Positions 24,895 through 36,794 of a stretch of 64,000 bases of DNA are shown here, piece by piece. Positions within the stretch are counted from its first letter, which is position 1. The number at the start of each line of letters is the position of its first letter. A model generated the notes under the pieces. It saw nothing but the letters and a program-made list of their open reading frames with translations, made no database searches and was not told the DNA's origin. Where the stretch lies: NCBI RefSeq assembly GCF_006345805.1, contig NC_043015.1:23126001-23190000 (forward strand). Direction: 5' to 3'. The position numbers and the translations under genes are program-made. The stretch comes from Octopus sinensis (lineage: Eukaryota).

Positions 24895-25139
24895 CGTGTG
24901 TGTGTGTGTGCGTGTATAAAGGATGTGTTATAACACACTTCCACATATACAAAAACAGCCATACCAACAATACAACATACCTTCATCATAACGTGCCTCG
25001 CTTATATTATTATGATTGCGACACCTAGGCAATACCATTCAATGCAGCAGTGTTAATAGCGCTAAAATAACTGTTGTCTGAGAACGAGCATACCAAAGAA
25101 ACCACAAGTTTCAAACACATTAACAGTATGTACAACAGT

Positions 25140-25600
25140 TGATGTGCTTCTGGCCCCCTTCGGTCATGAATTACTATGGGATTGCAGCTAGAAAGTTACC
25201 CTTCGAGGTTCAAGTCTGGGCAATGTTGATTAGGGATAACCAGCAGCCGCCCATGCATACCAGCCTCCCCTCGCCACGCCACCGATGTTATCGAAGGGAA
25301 AGGCAAAGGCCGATACAGCTTGGCACCAGTCATATCGCAGATCATCTATTAACGTGCAAGTATTAACGTAGATCTCAGGGAGATTCAGCGTGACACAGAA
25401 TCTGACAAGGCAGACCTTTGATATATAGAGAAAGTTGTGGTGAAAGATTAGAGCAGGGTTCAGCCCCTCATGCCAGAGCCTCGTTGAGATTTGGGTGTTT
25501 TCGCTGAATAAGCAGTCACAATGTCCGGCCTTGGAATCGAAACCACGAACCTACGGCCGTAAGCCAGCTGCCCTAACCACTGGGCCATAGCACCTCCACA
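25140..25600 (-). mobile_element. Composite of two SINEs: family C 3' part (25140-25345) and family D with tRNA head (25345-25600)
   Basis: Head on minus strand gtggaggtgctatggcccagtggttagggcagctggcttacggccgtaggttcgtggtttcgattcc; the lower part matches the 24195-24440 family. Confidence 0.65.
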
Positions 25601-26129
25601 GTATCTATAAATAAATCCAATAAGTAAAATCAATAACCAACTCCTCTATATGTAACTAAACAGCGACCAAACCCTAAAGTCATAATTTTATTCCCTACAG
25701 TCTCCCATAGTATAATAAAAGTGAAAGATTAATAACCACATTCATTCAATCTGAATATAGGCAGAATAAAACTCTAACTTTAAAAGCAAACTACAAGAAA
25801 CAGATAATCCTATGTGTATCTGTAACGGTATTAATAGTAAATCTACAATAACTAAATTATAAACTAAATAGCGACCACTCTTTAAATCCATACAAATAAA
25901 AATCTTACTAGTCTTCAACAGTTGCCACAATGATAAAAGGAAGTGAAAGCTTTGTATCACTTCGCTCCAAAACAAAACACGATTGAATTGAATTTAACGA
26001 ATAATGTAGTAATTATGAGCAAAATACATTATTTCATAATTCGAATGTTAATAAAAACAATACTTGCTGAATAATAAATATTAGCGTTAAAAGCTTTAAT
26101 ATAAACGTTAAATGTATTAAATATATATA

Positions 26130-26211
<82 letters not shown>

Positions 26212-26281
26212 ATATCTATCTATCTATCTATTCAGCTATCTATATATCCATCCAACCATCTATCTTTCTATCCATCTATCA

Positions 26282-26344
<63 letters not shown>

Positions 26345-26357
26345 AATCTATCTATCT
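26130..26357. repeat. (TCTA)n microsatellite
   Basis: Direct inspection, with tcca/tcaa variants. Confidence 0.95.
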
Positions 26358-27062
26358 GCTATTTTCATCATCCTTGTGACTATGGCGAAAGAATGTATCT
26401 GGTGGACGCGTCTGAAAGGATTGGAGACAAACACTTTCTTCTCTGGTCAATCTCTCATCAATTTCTTCAAGTACCACTTGAAAAGGAAAGTGAGAGTAGA
26501 GAGGCAAGTTTTGTCTAGCGAATCTTTTAAAAAAAGATGGGTGAATGTAGCAAGGATGGCTCGTATGAATGACGAAGCCACCTTGAGCATAATCCTATGA
26601 ACCCAGAAATTGAAAACAGAGGGTTACCCACTTGCAAACAAATGTGGTAACATATAACAATATTGACCAAGGTTACCGTGGTCTTTTTCGTAGGCTTTTC
26701 TTCCCACGGATAAACCTTACTTGCTTTCCCCTTTACACCATATATCATAACACTGTGATACACGATCCCTATTGATCGTTTTTTTTCCTCTTCCCCTTTT
26801 TTTCCCATTTTTTCTTCTTTTTTCATTTCTCTTTTCTTTTGTTCCTTTTCCTTTTTCTTTTTTCTTTTTCTTTTTTTCTTTTTTATTTCATTTATTTATT
26901 TTTTTTGTTCTTCTCGTCCCTTTTACGATCCCTCTTGATCGAAAACCTACGCCACCCCCTTTGTTTTATTTTTGTTTTTTGTTTTTTTCATCCCCCAAAA
27001 GAAAAGCACTACCTTCTAACTTGTCCCATCTGTGTGCAGCCCTGTGTGGCCAATAAAGAAAC
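26358..27062 (+). mobile_element. Tx1/L1-clade LINE, short 5'-truncated copy (ORF2 C-terminus + 3' UTR)
   Basis: 8 mismatches in ~243 coding bp versus 30484-30726; ends ctgtgtgcagccctgtgtggccAATAAAgaaac then (TATC)n. Confidence 0.92.
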
Positions 27063-27112
27063 TTATCTATCTATCCCTCTATCCATCCATCCATCCATCC
27101 ATCCATCTATCC

Positions 27113-27188
<76 letters not shown>

Positions 27189-27343
27189 ATCCCTCTATCT
27201 ATCTTTTCATCTATCTGTCTATCTATTCATCTATCTATATATCCATCTATCTGGCTATCTATATTTCTATCTATCTATCCCTCTATCTATCTTTCCATCC
27301 ATCTGTCTATCTATCTATCCAGCTATCTATCTATCTATATCTC

Positions 27344-27385
<42 letters not shown>
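27063..27385. repeat. Degenerate (TCTA)n microsatellite between the two Tx1 copies
   Basis: Direct inspection. Confidence 0.95.
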
Positions 27386-27387
<2 letters not shown>

Positions 27388-30300
27388 AGCCATAAGCGAG
27401 ACCAGACTCCACAATCCGCGGGCCCTAAAGACCATGTTTGGCGGACAGTTCAACATTTATTTTTCCCCCTGTCTGCCGAGAATGGGCGGTAGTGGCACCG
27501 CGGTACTTTTTCACAAGAGTCTGGATCTCAATGTAAGGACAATATTCGTAGACCCGGAGGGTAGACTGGTCGTCCTGGATGTCGACGGCAGCAATGGGTG
27601 CGCTTTTCGGCTCGTATCAGTTTACGCACCGCCCTTAACAGGTCGGGCGGATTTCTTTCAACGTCTAGAAGTTTTCTTGGGAACGTCTCGTCCTTTACTC
27701 TTAGTGGGGGATTGGAATGCTACCTTGGACACGCATGTAGACTACGTGGGTAGAGATAGGAATAGACGGGGATGCAAATGCCTCAGAGACCTGCTCAGAC
27801 GCTTTCAACTGTCTGACAGGTTTCGACTAGACCACCCGAATGCGCCAACGTGGACATGGAGCAACCGCATCGGGTCGTCGAGATCGTATCTAGATAGGAT
27901 ACTGTGTAGGACAGTAGATAGAGATAGCATAGGATGTCCACAATTCCACATAGTCAGCTACACGGATCACAAACTTGTGACATGTACGCTAGACTTAGGT
28001 AAGACACTTAGGCAGGGTCCCGGATACTGGAAACTAAACGCGTCTTTCCCATCGAGACAAGTTTTCAGAGACCGGATTAGCACACTAGTAAAGAGGCTTT
28101 GACGGGAGCCATCATCAACAACAAATGGTGGTTTGCCCTCAAGAGAGCAGTAAAAGCAGAAGCGATTAGGTACAGCAAAGCACTAGCCATAGATAGAAAT
28201 AGAGTAGAGGGTGAGCTAGTTAAGAAGCTAGAAGAGGCAATTAGAAGCGGCATCGCATCCGACGTTTTGGCGGCGAGGTTGGCCCTCGACCAACACTTCA
28301 ACGCCAAACACGAAGGATGTGCTGTCAGAGCTAGGATGCGTGCTCTAAGGAACGAAGGTGTTGGAGCCGCGAGAGAGGCCCGGGTGGCAGAGGCGCAACA
28401 GGGCAACAAAGCCACCATTCGGTCACTGGTAGATGAACAGGGGCGCGAATTGCTCGAGCCAAGTAAAATGTGTGAGGCCTTTCAGCAGCATTTTGCCCGA
28501 CTGTTCGGAACGAGTGGAGGGCAAGAACGTAGGTGGACTTCAGTGCCTACCTACATAGCCTACCACGACTCTCGACAAGAAAGGCAGGGTGCTGCGAAGG
28601 TGCCATCACGGCGGCGGAAGTGCGGGAAGCGATGGCAGAATGCTCGAGGGACAAATCACCGGGTTTGGATGGTCTACCCTACGAGCTTTACAATTGTATG
28701 CCAGACTTGTTTGGAGATCTCTTGGCGGCGGTGTACTGCAACTGGCAGCAAAACGGGAGCATTCCTGTTTTGTGAGCCGAGGAGCCGTAACACTGCTGAA
28801 GAAAGATCTAAACAAGGGAAATGTAATAGATAACTTTAGGCCCATCACTCTGCTTAATGCAGACTTGAAAATTTTGGCCAAGGTGCTAGCCAAGAGGTTG
28901 GCGCTTGTCATCGAGAAACTGGTCGACAAGGCGCAAACATGCGCCGTGCCAGGCCGGACCATCCATGACAACCTCCATCTGATGCGCTACATCATAGACA
29001 GGGTAGTTAACGAACCTGGCATGGGTGGGGCCCTGATCAACTTGGATCAATCAAAAGCCTTTGATAGGGTAGACCATCGATACTTGGAGGCAGTCCTGAG
29101 AGCGGCTGGTTTCGGTCCCGTCTTCCGCGGCTGGATAGCTGCCTTGTACAGAGGCATCCGTTCGGTAATTCGCGTAAATGGACATCTATCGAGACCTTTC
29201 GACATTGCACGTTCGGTCCGTCAGGGATGCCCCCTCTCGGCGCTTCTATACGTATTGACTCTTGAGCCACTACTGCGGAAGCTGGCGACTCTAAGGGGCA
29301 TCCCGCGAGAATTGGGATGCGGGACGAGCGTGTCTGCATACGCGGACGACGTCACCGTCATAGTGTCTAGCCACGAGCACATCGAGCTGGTCGGCGAGAC
29401 ACTGAAAAACTACGAAGCGGTGACAGGAGCGAAAGTCAACCGGGAAAAGTCAGTGGGCTTGCGACTAGGCACCTGGAGAAGCAAGCCCATGCCGTCCACC
29501 AGCGCCTCCGTCGTGGGACGCTGGACCGACGGCCCGGTTGAGTTGCTCGGGGTCTGGTTTGGTCCGGACCTCCAAGTGGAGAAGAACTGGAACGAGATAA
29601 CGAGTAGGGTGGTCACTCTCGCCCGGCAATGGGCCGAGAGGAAACTGTCCCTAAAAGGTCGAGCGGAGGTGGCGAACACGTACATCGCGTCCGTCATCTA
29701 CTACCGCCTGACCGTCGTACCTTGTCCCGACCCTACCATCACCAAACTACAACGCATCCTCTTTCGCTTCTTGTGGAAAGGATGCGTCCCGATGGTCAGG
29801 CGATCCATTTGCTGTCAACACCCGTTAAAAGGAGGGCTGGGCATGCCGTGGTTGATGATGCGCAGACACGCGCTGAGACTGCGACATCTCTGGCTCTATG
29901 TAGACGACGGTGAACAGGTGTGGTCGCCGTTTGTGAGGCACGCTTTCCCGCAGCTCGTCTCCATGACCGAACTGCAGTCGTGGATCAAAAAGAGGCCGAG
30001 GAAGGGCGAATGGCACCGCGAGTGTCGCGTTGCTCTCAAGCAACTCTGCCGTCCTGGGTCGACCTTAAGTGACTTCAACACAACCAAAGCATTCTATAGG
30101 GGTTTAGTGGAGGGGAGGTACGACGACGAGCTCGGGGCGAACCTGGACGTCGACGAGAGGAGTACCTGACCCGCCTGTTCGGGACGACTTTCGGGCCAGG
30201 GCCCATGGACAACTTCCAGAGATCCCTGGCCTGGCAGTGCTACCGAGAAGCGCTACCCGTTCGGGATAAGCTCTACAGACACGGCTCGAGAAACACGGGG

Positions 30301-31030
30301 CCGACCTGCCCGAGATGCGGTCAGAGCGACGAAACCGTTCTGCACGCACTCGTTCAGTGTCCAACAATTTCCGACCTGTGGGCTTATGTCGAACAACTGC
30401 TGTCACGTGTGGGACGAGTCGGTTTATCAGCTGAGTCTATCGTCAATATTGTCACGCCTCCTTCCTTCAAACGGGAAGGAAGAGCTATTTTCATCATCCT
30501 TGTGGCTATGGCGAAAGAATGCATCTGGTGGACGCGTCTGAAAGGATTGGAGACAAACACTTTCCTCTCTGGTCAATCTCTCATCAACTTCTTCAAGTAC
30601 CACTTGAAAAGGAAAGTGAGAGTAGAGAGGCAAGTTTTGTCTAGCGAATGTTTTAAAAAAAGATGGGTGAATGTAGCAAGAATGGCACGTATGAATGACG
30701 AAGCCACCTTGAGCATAGTCCTATGAACCCAGAAATCGAAAACAGAGAGTTGCTTATTTGCAAAAAAAAAAAAAAAAAAAAAAGAAATATAAAATGTGAC
30801 TTCATTGACCGAGGTTACCGTGGTCTTTTCCGTAGGCTTTTCTTTCCACGGGTAAACCTCACCTGTCCTCCCCTTAACACTTCATATTGACATTTCTGTG
30901 ATAACGATCCCTATTGATCAATTTTTTTTCCTCTCCCCCCTTTTTTTTTTTTTTTTTTTAACCCCCCCTTTCTTTTGTCCTCTTTCTCTCCTTTTACGAT
31001 CCCTTTTGATCGAAACTCCCCCTTCCTTTT

Positions 31031-31066
<36 letters not shown>

Positions 31067-31137
31067 CTTCAAAAGAAAAGCTCTACCTTGTAATTTGTTT
31101 CTATCTGTGTGCAGCCCTGTGTGGCTAATAAAGAAAC
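27383..31137 (+). mobile_element. Tx1/L1-clade LINE, 5'-truncated within the APE domain (EN-RT-CCHC ORF2 with frameshifts + 3' UTR)
   Basis: APE motifs LAISET, VYAP, GDWN, LDRI, TDH, GPGYWKLN; RT motifs FRPITLLNADLKILAKVLAKRL, LDQSKAFDRV, RQGCPLS, YADD; CPRCGQSDETVLHALVQC; frameshifts near 28100, 28530, 28770 and 30165; ends AATAAAgaaac then (TATC)n. Confidence 0.95.
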
Positions 31138-34100
31138 ATATCTATCTATCTATCTATCTATCTATACACACATGGATTCATATTTATACACATATACCTG
31201 TTGTATTATAGTAGGTATCTGCAATGCTTTTTTAATATTGCGGACATGTGTATTCTGAACGAATTAGAGAAGCTAATCTCCTTTGAAATATTTAATTGTT
31301 CCTCACATTTCGACTCCAACGCTCAGTCAGTTTCGAGTACGTCATGGCACCTGCTTCATCTTTCAAACATCATTTTGAAAATCAAATGAAATTAAACAAT
31401 CGTTAGAAAGAAGTTATTTTGATAACTAAATACAAATGAATATTTAATCGCTGGCTTCAACTCAATGATTCATAAGAGATTTTATGATTATAAAAACTCG
31501 CAATACTTCATCGAGTTTCCGCTTGCTCTTATATCATAGTCCATCAGACTTTGGTATCATTAAACAAATTGTTGTTCAAATTTCTGCATATTTAAAACCG
31601 TTACAATTCCATTATCACGCGTGATGATCTGACACTCCAGGAAAATGAAAATATAATTTATCGCCCTCTCCTACTCTTTCAACTTGCTTTCATTCTTTCT
31701 CTTACTTTTGTCTAATATTCGAATAGAGAATGTTAAGGTAATGCTTCAATATTTTCTGATTGTCATTTAATGACATCAGTCATCACACGCGCGCGCGCGC
31801 ACACACACACGTGCGTGCGCGCGCAAACTTTCACGCATAGTGAATGAGGAGGTGGCTGATAAATTCTTTAAATGTTAATGAATTGAAAGCAAAGAATTTA
31901 TTCTGGCTCTTTCTTCATCTTTCACTTATGAAACCACTTACTGCCCTCAGAACGACTCGAAAGTTTGGTAGACAATAATATATATACATATATGTACATA
32001 TATATACACATATATATATATACATACATACATACATACATATATGTATGTATGTGTGTGTATTTATGTATGTATGTATGTATGTATCTATAGACATACG
32101 CACCAGGACGCATGTATAAATCCAACATTTTATTAATATATTGCAGTAACGTAAGTCTCTGCCGTATGCCTCACATTCTTCGTGTAAAACACAATGATGC
32201 TTCAATTAATGTAGCTCTACCATCCTAGAAATAATACCTTCGAGCACTACATTGTGCTCGAGGCTGGGCTCACCTAGAAAACTTATTAGATAGAGTATAA
32301 TTTTTGAAAAGGGAATATAACAATTTATGTACTAACTCAAGAATTTAGATCTCACTATTTTATTCATCTCATTCAATGTTATAAACTTTTCTCTCTTCCG
32401 TGATCACTGGTTTCACACATGCACAAACCTGAAACACATAAACGCACAAACACAAAAACACACAATCTTTTACACATATATATTCATACATATTTATATC
32501 CTTTAAATATGTATGTATGTGTGTGTGTGTGTGCATGCGTGAATATATGTCTGAAAGAGTGTGTGTATGCGTTTGTGCATGCCTTTTATATCTTTCTTTT
32601 GAATATATATATATATATATATGCATATACGCAGGATTGTGTCTGTTAATGTGTTGATGTGTGCGTGTGAGGGGGATTTATTTAACATATGTCCTAATTG
32701 CTACTGTAGTTGTCAAATATCAAACACCTACATTAAGGCTTGACCATGTTTAAATTTAATGAATGCGTTTTGGGGTTGTCAAATTTGATTTTTGCTTTCT
32801 TTTATTTATATATTTTGACAACACAGACACACACACACACACATATATATATATGTATGTGTGTGTGTGTGTGTGTAAGTATGTATGTCTATAAACACAT
32901 ATTCTCTAACCGGGTTGTGGCCGCAACTCTTGAACTGAAAGTTGTGTCAGGGGACCAATTTGCACTTTTGGTCTATATAGGCTCAACACACTAATTTGTT
33001 GCAATTGGCCAAAATATTCATGAGATGAATTTTGGACCAATTCCTGAGCCCTGTACCGTGATTATTTAAGTGTTCTGTGGGAATTGGATTAAAAGTTCTA
33101 TCACGATGCACGTCACATATTTTAAGCGACAAATTCTGTATGAGTTCTGGAGCCTCTTCTCCATAAATTGGTTCGACAGTTTTTTTACGAATTAGAGCGT
33201 TGAGAGATGTCATTGAGAAAAGTTTGCATCCTGCCGTCCAGAGTAAAAACGGCATACAAGGAGCCATATTACCAGTGATGATATCAGATGAATTACCAGA
33301 ATGTTTGAAGAACAAATTGTTCCGAAAACAATCCGGAAGAATTTTTATTTTTTTATTGCTTCTGAAACACTGTACAACTTTACAAAGGAATAATGTCTAG
33401 ATATTATTTTAAACATATTTTCTTACATTACTTATACAATCGAACACGTGTCCTTAGAAATATCTTTAAACACTTCCTTTATTTTGACTAAAAACACAAC
33501 CTTGATGTTGCAGGCAGAACACCCGCTGGTTTTCACAATCGCACCTCAAAAGTAGTAATCTATATGACTACAAGCGGGAGAATTAAGAGGTCGGAAATTG
33601 GAGTTGGTGAAGTCATAGACATTCATCGTCAATCACTTCTAAATTTTTCTGATGTATGACAAGGAGCCGAATCGTGCAGACACACATGATTTATAGTAGT
33701 ATCATTTCTAGCCATAGATTGACCACATTCTCCAGTAGCTTAAGGGAGCCGCCTCAATTGAACGTAAAGCCTTGCTTGAAACTCTTGAGTCAGTTGCGGT
33801 GTGTGGACTAGTTAGAAGTTCTGCTATGTCAGGTCTTGCTGGCCACAGTTTCTTACCGTTCCAGCCACCCAAGTGACGTCTTACAGCTTTTTGCATTTTT
33901 CACAGTGCCTTGAGCAGCACACATGATGTTGGTAGTTTGATACTCGGCTCAAATCGTTATGATACAGGTAAATTTTTTTCAATATTCGGAAGGCTTCCAG
34001 GCCGCCATGTCGTCTGACGTTCTTTCAACTACTATCTCCATGTTAATGCTTTCCAACACCGTTAACTTTTCACCAGTGCATAAATAAAAAAACAAAAAAA

Positions 34101-34931
34101 AAGCAACATTAAAAATTGCCAGATATTGGACCGAACACACTGTATAGATATGCATACAAACACATGTATTCACACATATATATACACACGGATGTAATGG
34201 GTTTGTTGGACACAGTGTGAGACGACTGCTGCTAACGTTAGGCCTAACTTATCTTAAAGTAAAAACCACCATCACCGATATCCAAACTATAGCGGAAAAG
34301 GCTAGCCACTAGATTTCGTTAAAAAGAGACGATGAGCAATGGTTAGAAAAATTTTAAGCTTTATTTGATAACCAGTTGATCTAGAGATCGTGGCCTCATA
34401 TCAGTGAGGTGGGTAGTGCGCATTGAAGCCACCGAGAGGTAGGACTCAATACGGCACACATTCTCTCCTGATGACCCAGTACAATTGCTGGCTTCCGGTA
34501 TGCGAAACTCTCGATTGGTAACACTTGCATGTGCATATTGGAAAAAATATATATATATAGATATACATGTACATACATTTGTTTTTTATTTGTATTGTTT
34601 TTACGTCCTGTTTTTGTCACATTTTTTTCTTTCCTTGTTTTTACCCCTCTGCAAAGGAATTTTATTTAATTCTTTCGCAGGAAGGGCTAGTTCGACGAGT
34701 CGTGTTCTGTCCTTACCTTCGAAACACGCATAGAGTCAAACTAGGGACAGGTGATGAAGGGGGATTTTCCTTCTTTTGTTTGTCTTGTACTCTGTTTTTT
34801 CGTTGTTAAAAAAAAGTCCGTTTCCATGTTTGTTTTTACGTTTTCGTTTCTCGTTGAGTTCTACGTCTATTTGTGGTGTCCTGTACTCACATATATATAT
34901 TTATATATGCATGTATATATACATGTAGATG

Positions 34932-34985
<54 letters not shown>

Positions 34986-34996
34986 ATATATATATT

Positions 34997-35408
34997 CTCT
35001 TTTACTCTTTTACTTGTTTCAGTCATTTGACTGCGGCCATGCTGGAGCACCGCCTTTAGTCGAGCAACAGGACCCCGGGACTTATTCTCTTTGTAAGCCC
35101 AGTACTTATTCTATCGGTCTCTTTTTGCCGAACCGCTAAGTGACGGGGACTAAACACACCAGCATCGGTTATGAAGCAATGCTAGGGGAACAAACACAGA
35201 CACACAAACACACACACATACATATATATATATATACATATATACGACAGGCTTCTCTCAGTTTCCGTCTACCAAATCCACTCACAAGGCATTGGTCGGC
35301 CCGGGGCTATAGCAGAAGACACTTGCCTAAGATGCTACGCAGTGGGACTGAACCCGGAACCATGTGGTTTGTTAGCATGCTACTTACCACACAGCCACTC
35401 CTGCGCCT
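34997..35408 (-). mobile_element. Full-length tRNA-derived SINE family A with internal (TA/TG)n
   Basis: Minus strand aggcgcaggagtggctgtgtggtaagtagcatgct...ggttccgggttcagtccc head, body, internal microsatellite and tail ending agtaaaagag. Confidence 0.9.
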
Positions 35409-35486
35409 TATATATATATATATATATATAAGTATATATGTATATATACATATAGATGTCTATATTGATATACTTATGTGTATATA

Positions 35487-36711
35487 CAGGTGTTGAACAA
35501 AATAATTGAAACACCTAACATCATAGAAGCATAATTTTGAAATATCTACAAAACTGTCAAAAGCTTGTTTATTTTTATGTTTTTTTTATTTATTATCAGT
35601 GTTGCTTGATATGTTATGCTAAAATTGTTGTTTCGTTTCAGTTATCATCAAAAAAAGGTAACTAAAATTCATTAGAATAACAGATATATCGAACTTTCAA
35701 AGAGGTCATATTGTTAGTGCTCGTATGGCAGGCGCAAGTGTAACGAAAACAGACGAAATGTTTGGTGTATCAATAAGTACTGTCTCGGAAGTTATGACAG
35801 CCTTTGAGAAAGAGGGCAAAACCTCCTCGTCGAAACCAAACTCTAGCAGAAAACCAAAACTTTCAGATAGGGACCATCTGACTCTTGCGCGAATTGTTAG
35901 AAAGGATCAGAAAAGTACAGTTTTCAAGATTACTGCAGATGTTAATGGCCACCTCGAGAACCCAGTTTCCACAAAAACTGTTCTCCGGGAGCGACACAAA
36001 GACCGATTTCACGGGAGGATTGCAATCAGAAAACCACTACTTTCTTAAAAAAAAACGTTGCAAAGCATTTAGAGTGGATTAAAAACCTACAGAATTGGTC
36101 CCTAGAGCAGTGGAAAAATGTTACTTTCTCAGATGAGTCATCATTTACCTTATATCCGACAACCGGCCGAGTATACGTGTAGAGACAGCCAAACAAAGCA
36201 TTTGACCCAAACTGCCTTCTTCCAACTGTTAAAAATTGAGGAGTGTCTGTGTTGATCTAGGGGTGGGGGGTTATATCTTAGAAATAGTTGCCCAATAGTT
36301 ACCCTTCATGGCAGAATTAATAGCCAAGACTATTCAAGCATTTTATCTGATAATATTATTCCTATAGTTGCCGAACTGTTTCCGGTGGGAAACGCAATGA
36401 CTCAGGACGATAATGCACCAAATCATATAGCTAAAGTTGTTACTGAATGGCACGAGAAACATTCGTGTGAAGTTGAACATCCTATCTGGCCACCGCACTC
36501 CCCAGATTTCAATATTATTAAACATTTATGGTGAATTTTAGAAAAAACAATTAATGAGTTGATATCTTCCACCATCCATCATCACTACAAGAATTGGAGA
36601 CTGTTTAAACTGAAGAATGGATAAAAATTACTGCTGAAGGCGGTCTTAACCAGTATTAAAATTAATTTGTTTGAAATTTTAAGGTGTTTCCATTATTTCA
36701 CCCAATCCCCC
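35487..36711 (+). mobile_element. Tc1-like DNA transposon relic with both TIRs
   Basis: Left TIR caggtgttgaacaaaataattgaaacacct after TA; right TIR aggtgtttccattatttcacccaatcccc; transposase remnants (HTH ORF 35725-36048, FSDES, QDDNAP, WPPHSPDFNIIKHLW) with stops and frameshifts. Confidence 0.9.
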
Positions 36712-36738
36712 ACTTTCTCTCTCTCTCTCTCTCTGTAT

Positions 36739-36794
<56 letters not shown>

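Noticed and set aside
27032-27382. N-terminal extension of the 356-aa ORF (LSIY repeats)
   Set aside because: Read-through of the (TCTA)n tract; the real APE sequence begins at ~27383.
34468-34515. ctgatga...gcgaaac hammerhead-like string
   Set aside because: About 12 extra unpaired nucleotides separate the stem from GAAA, and no stem I/III or NUH site could be built.
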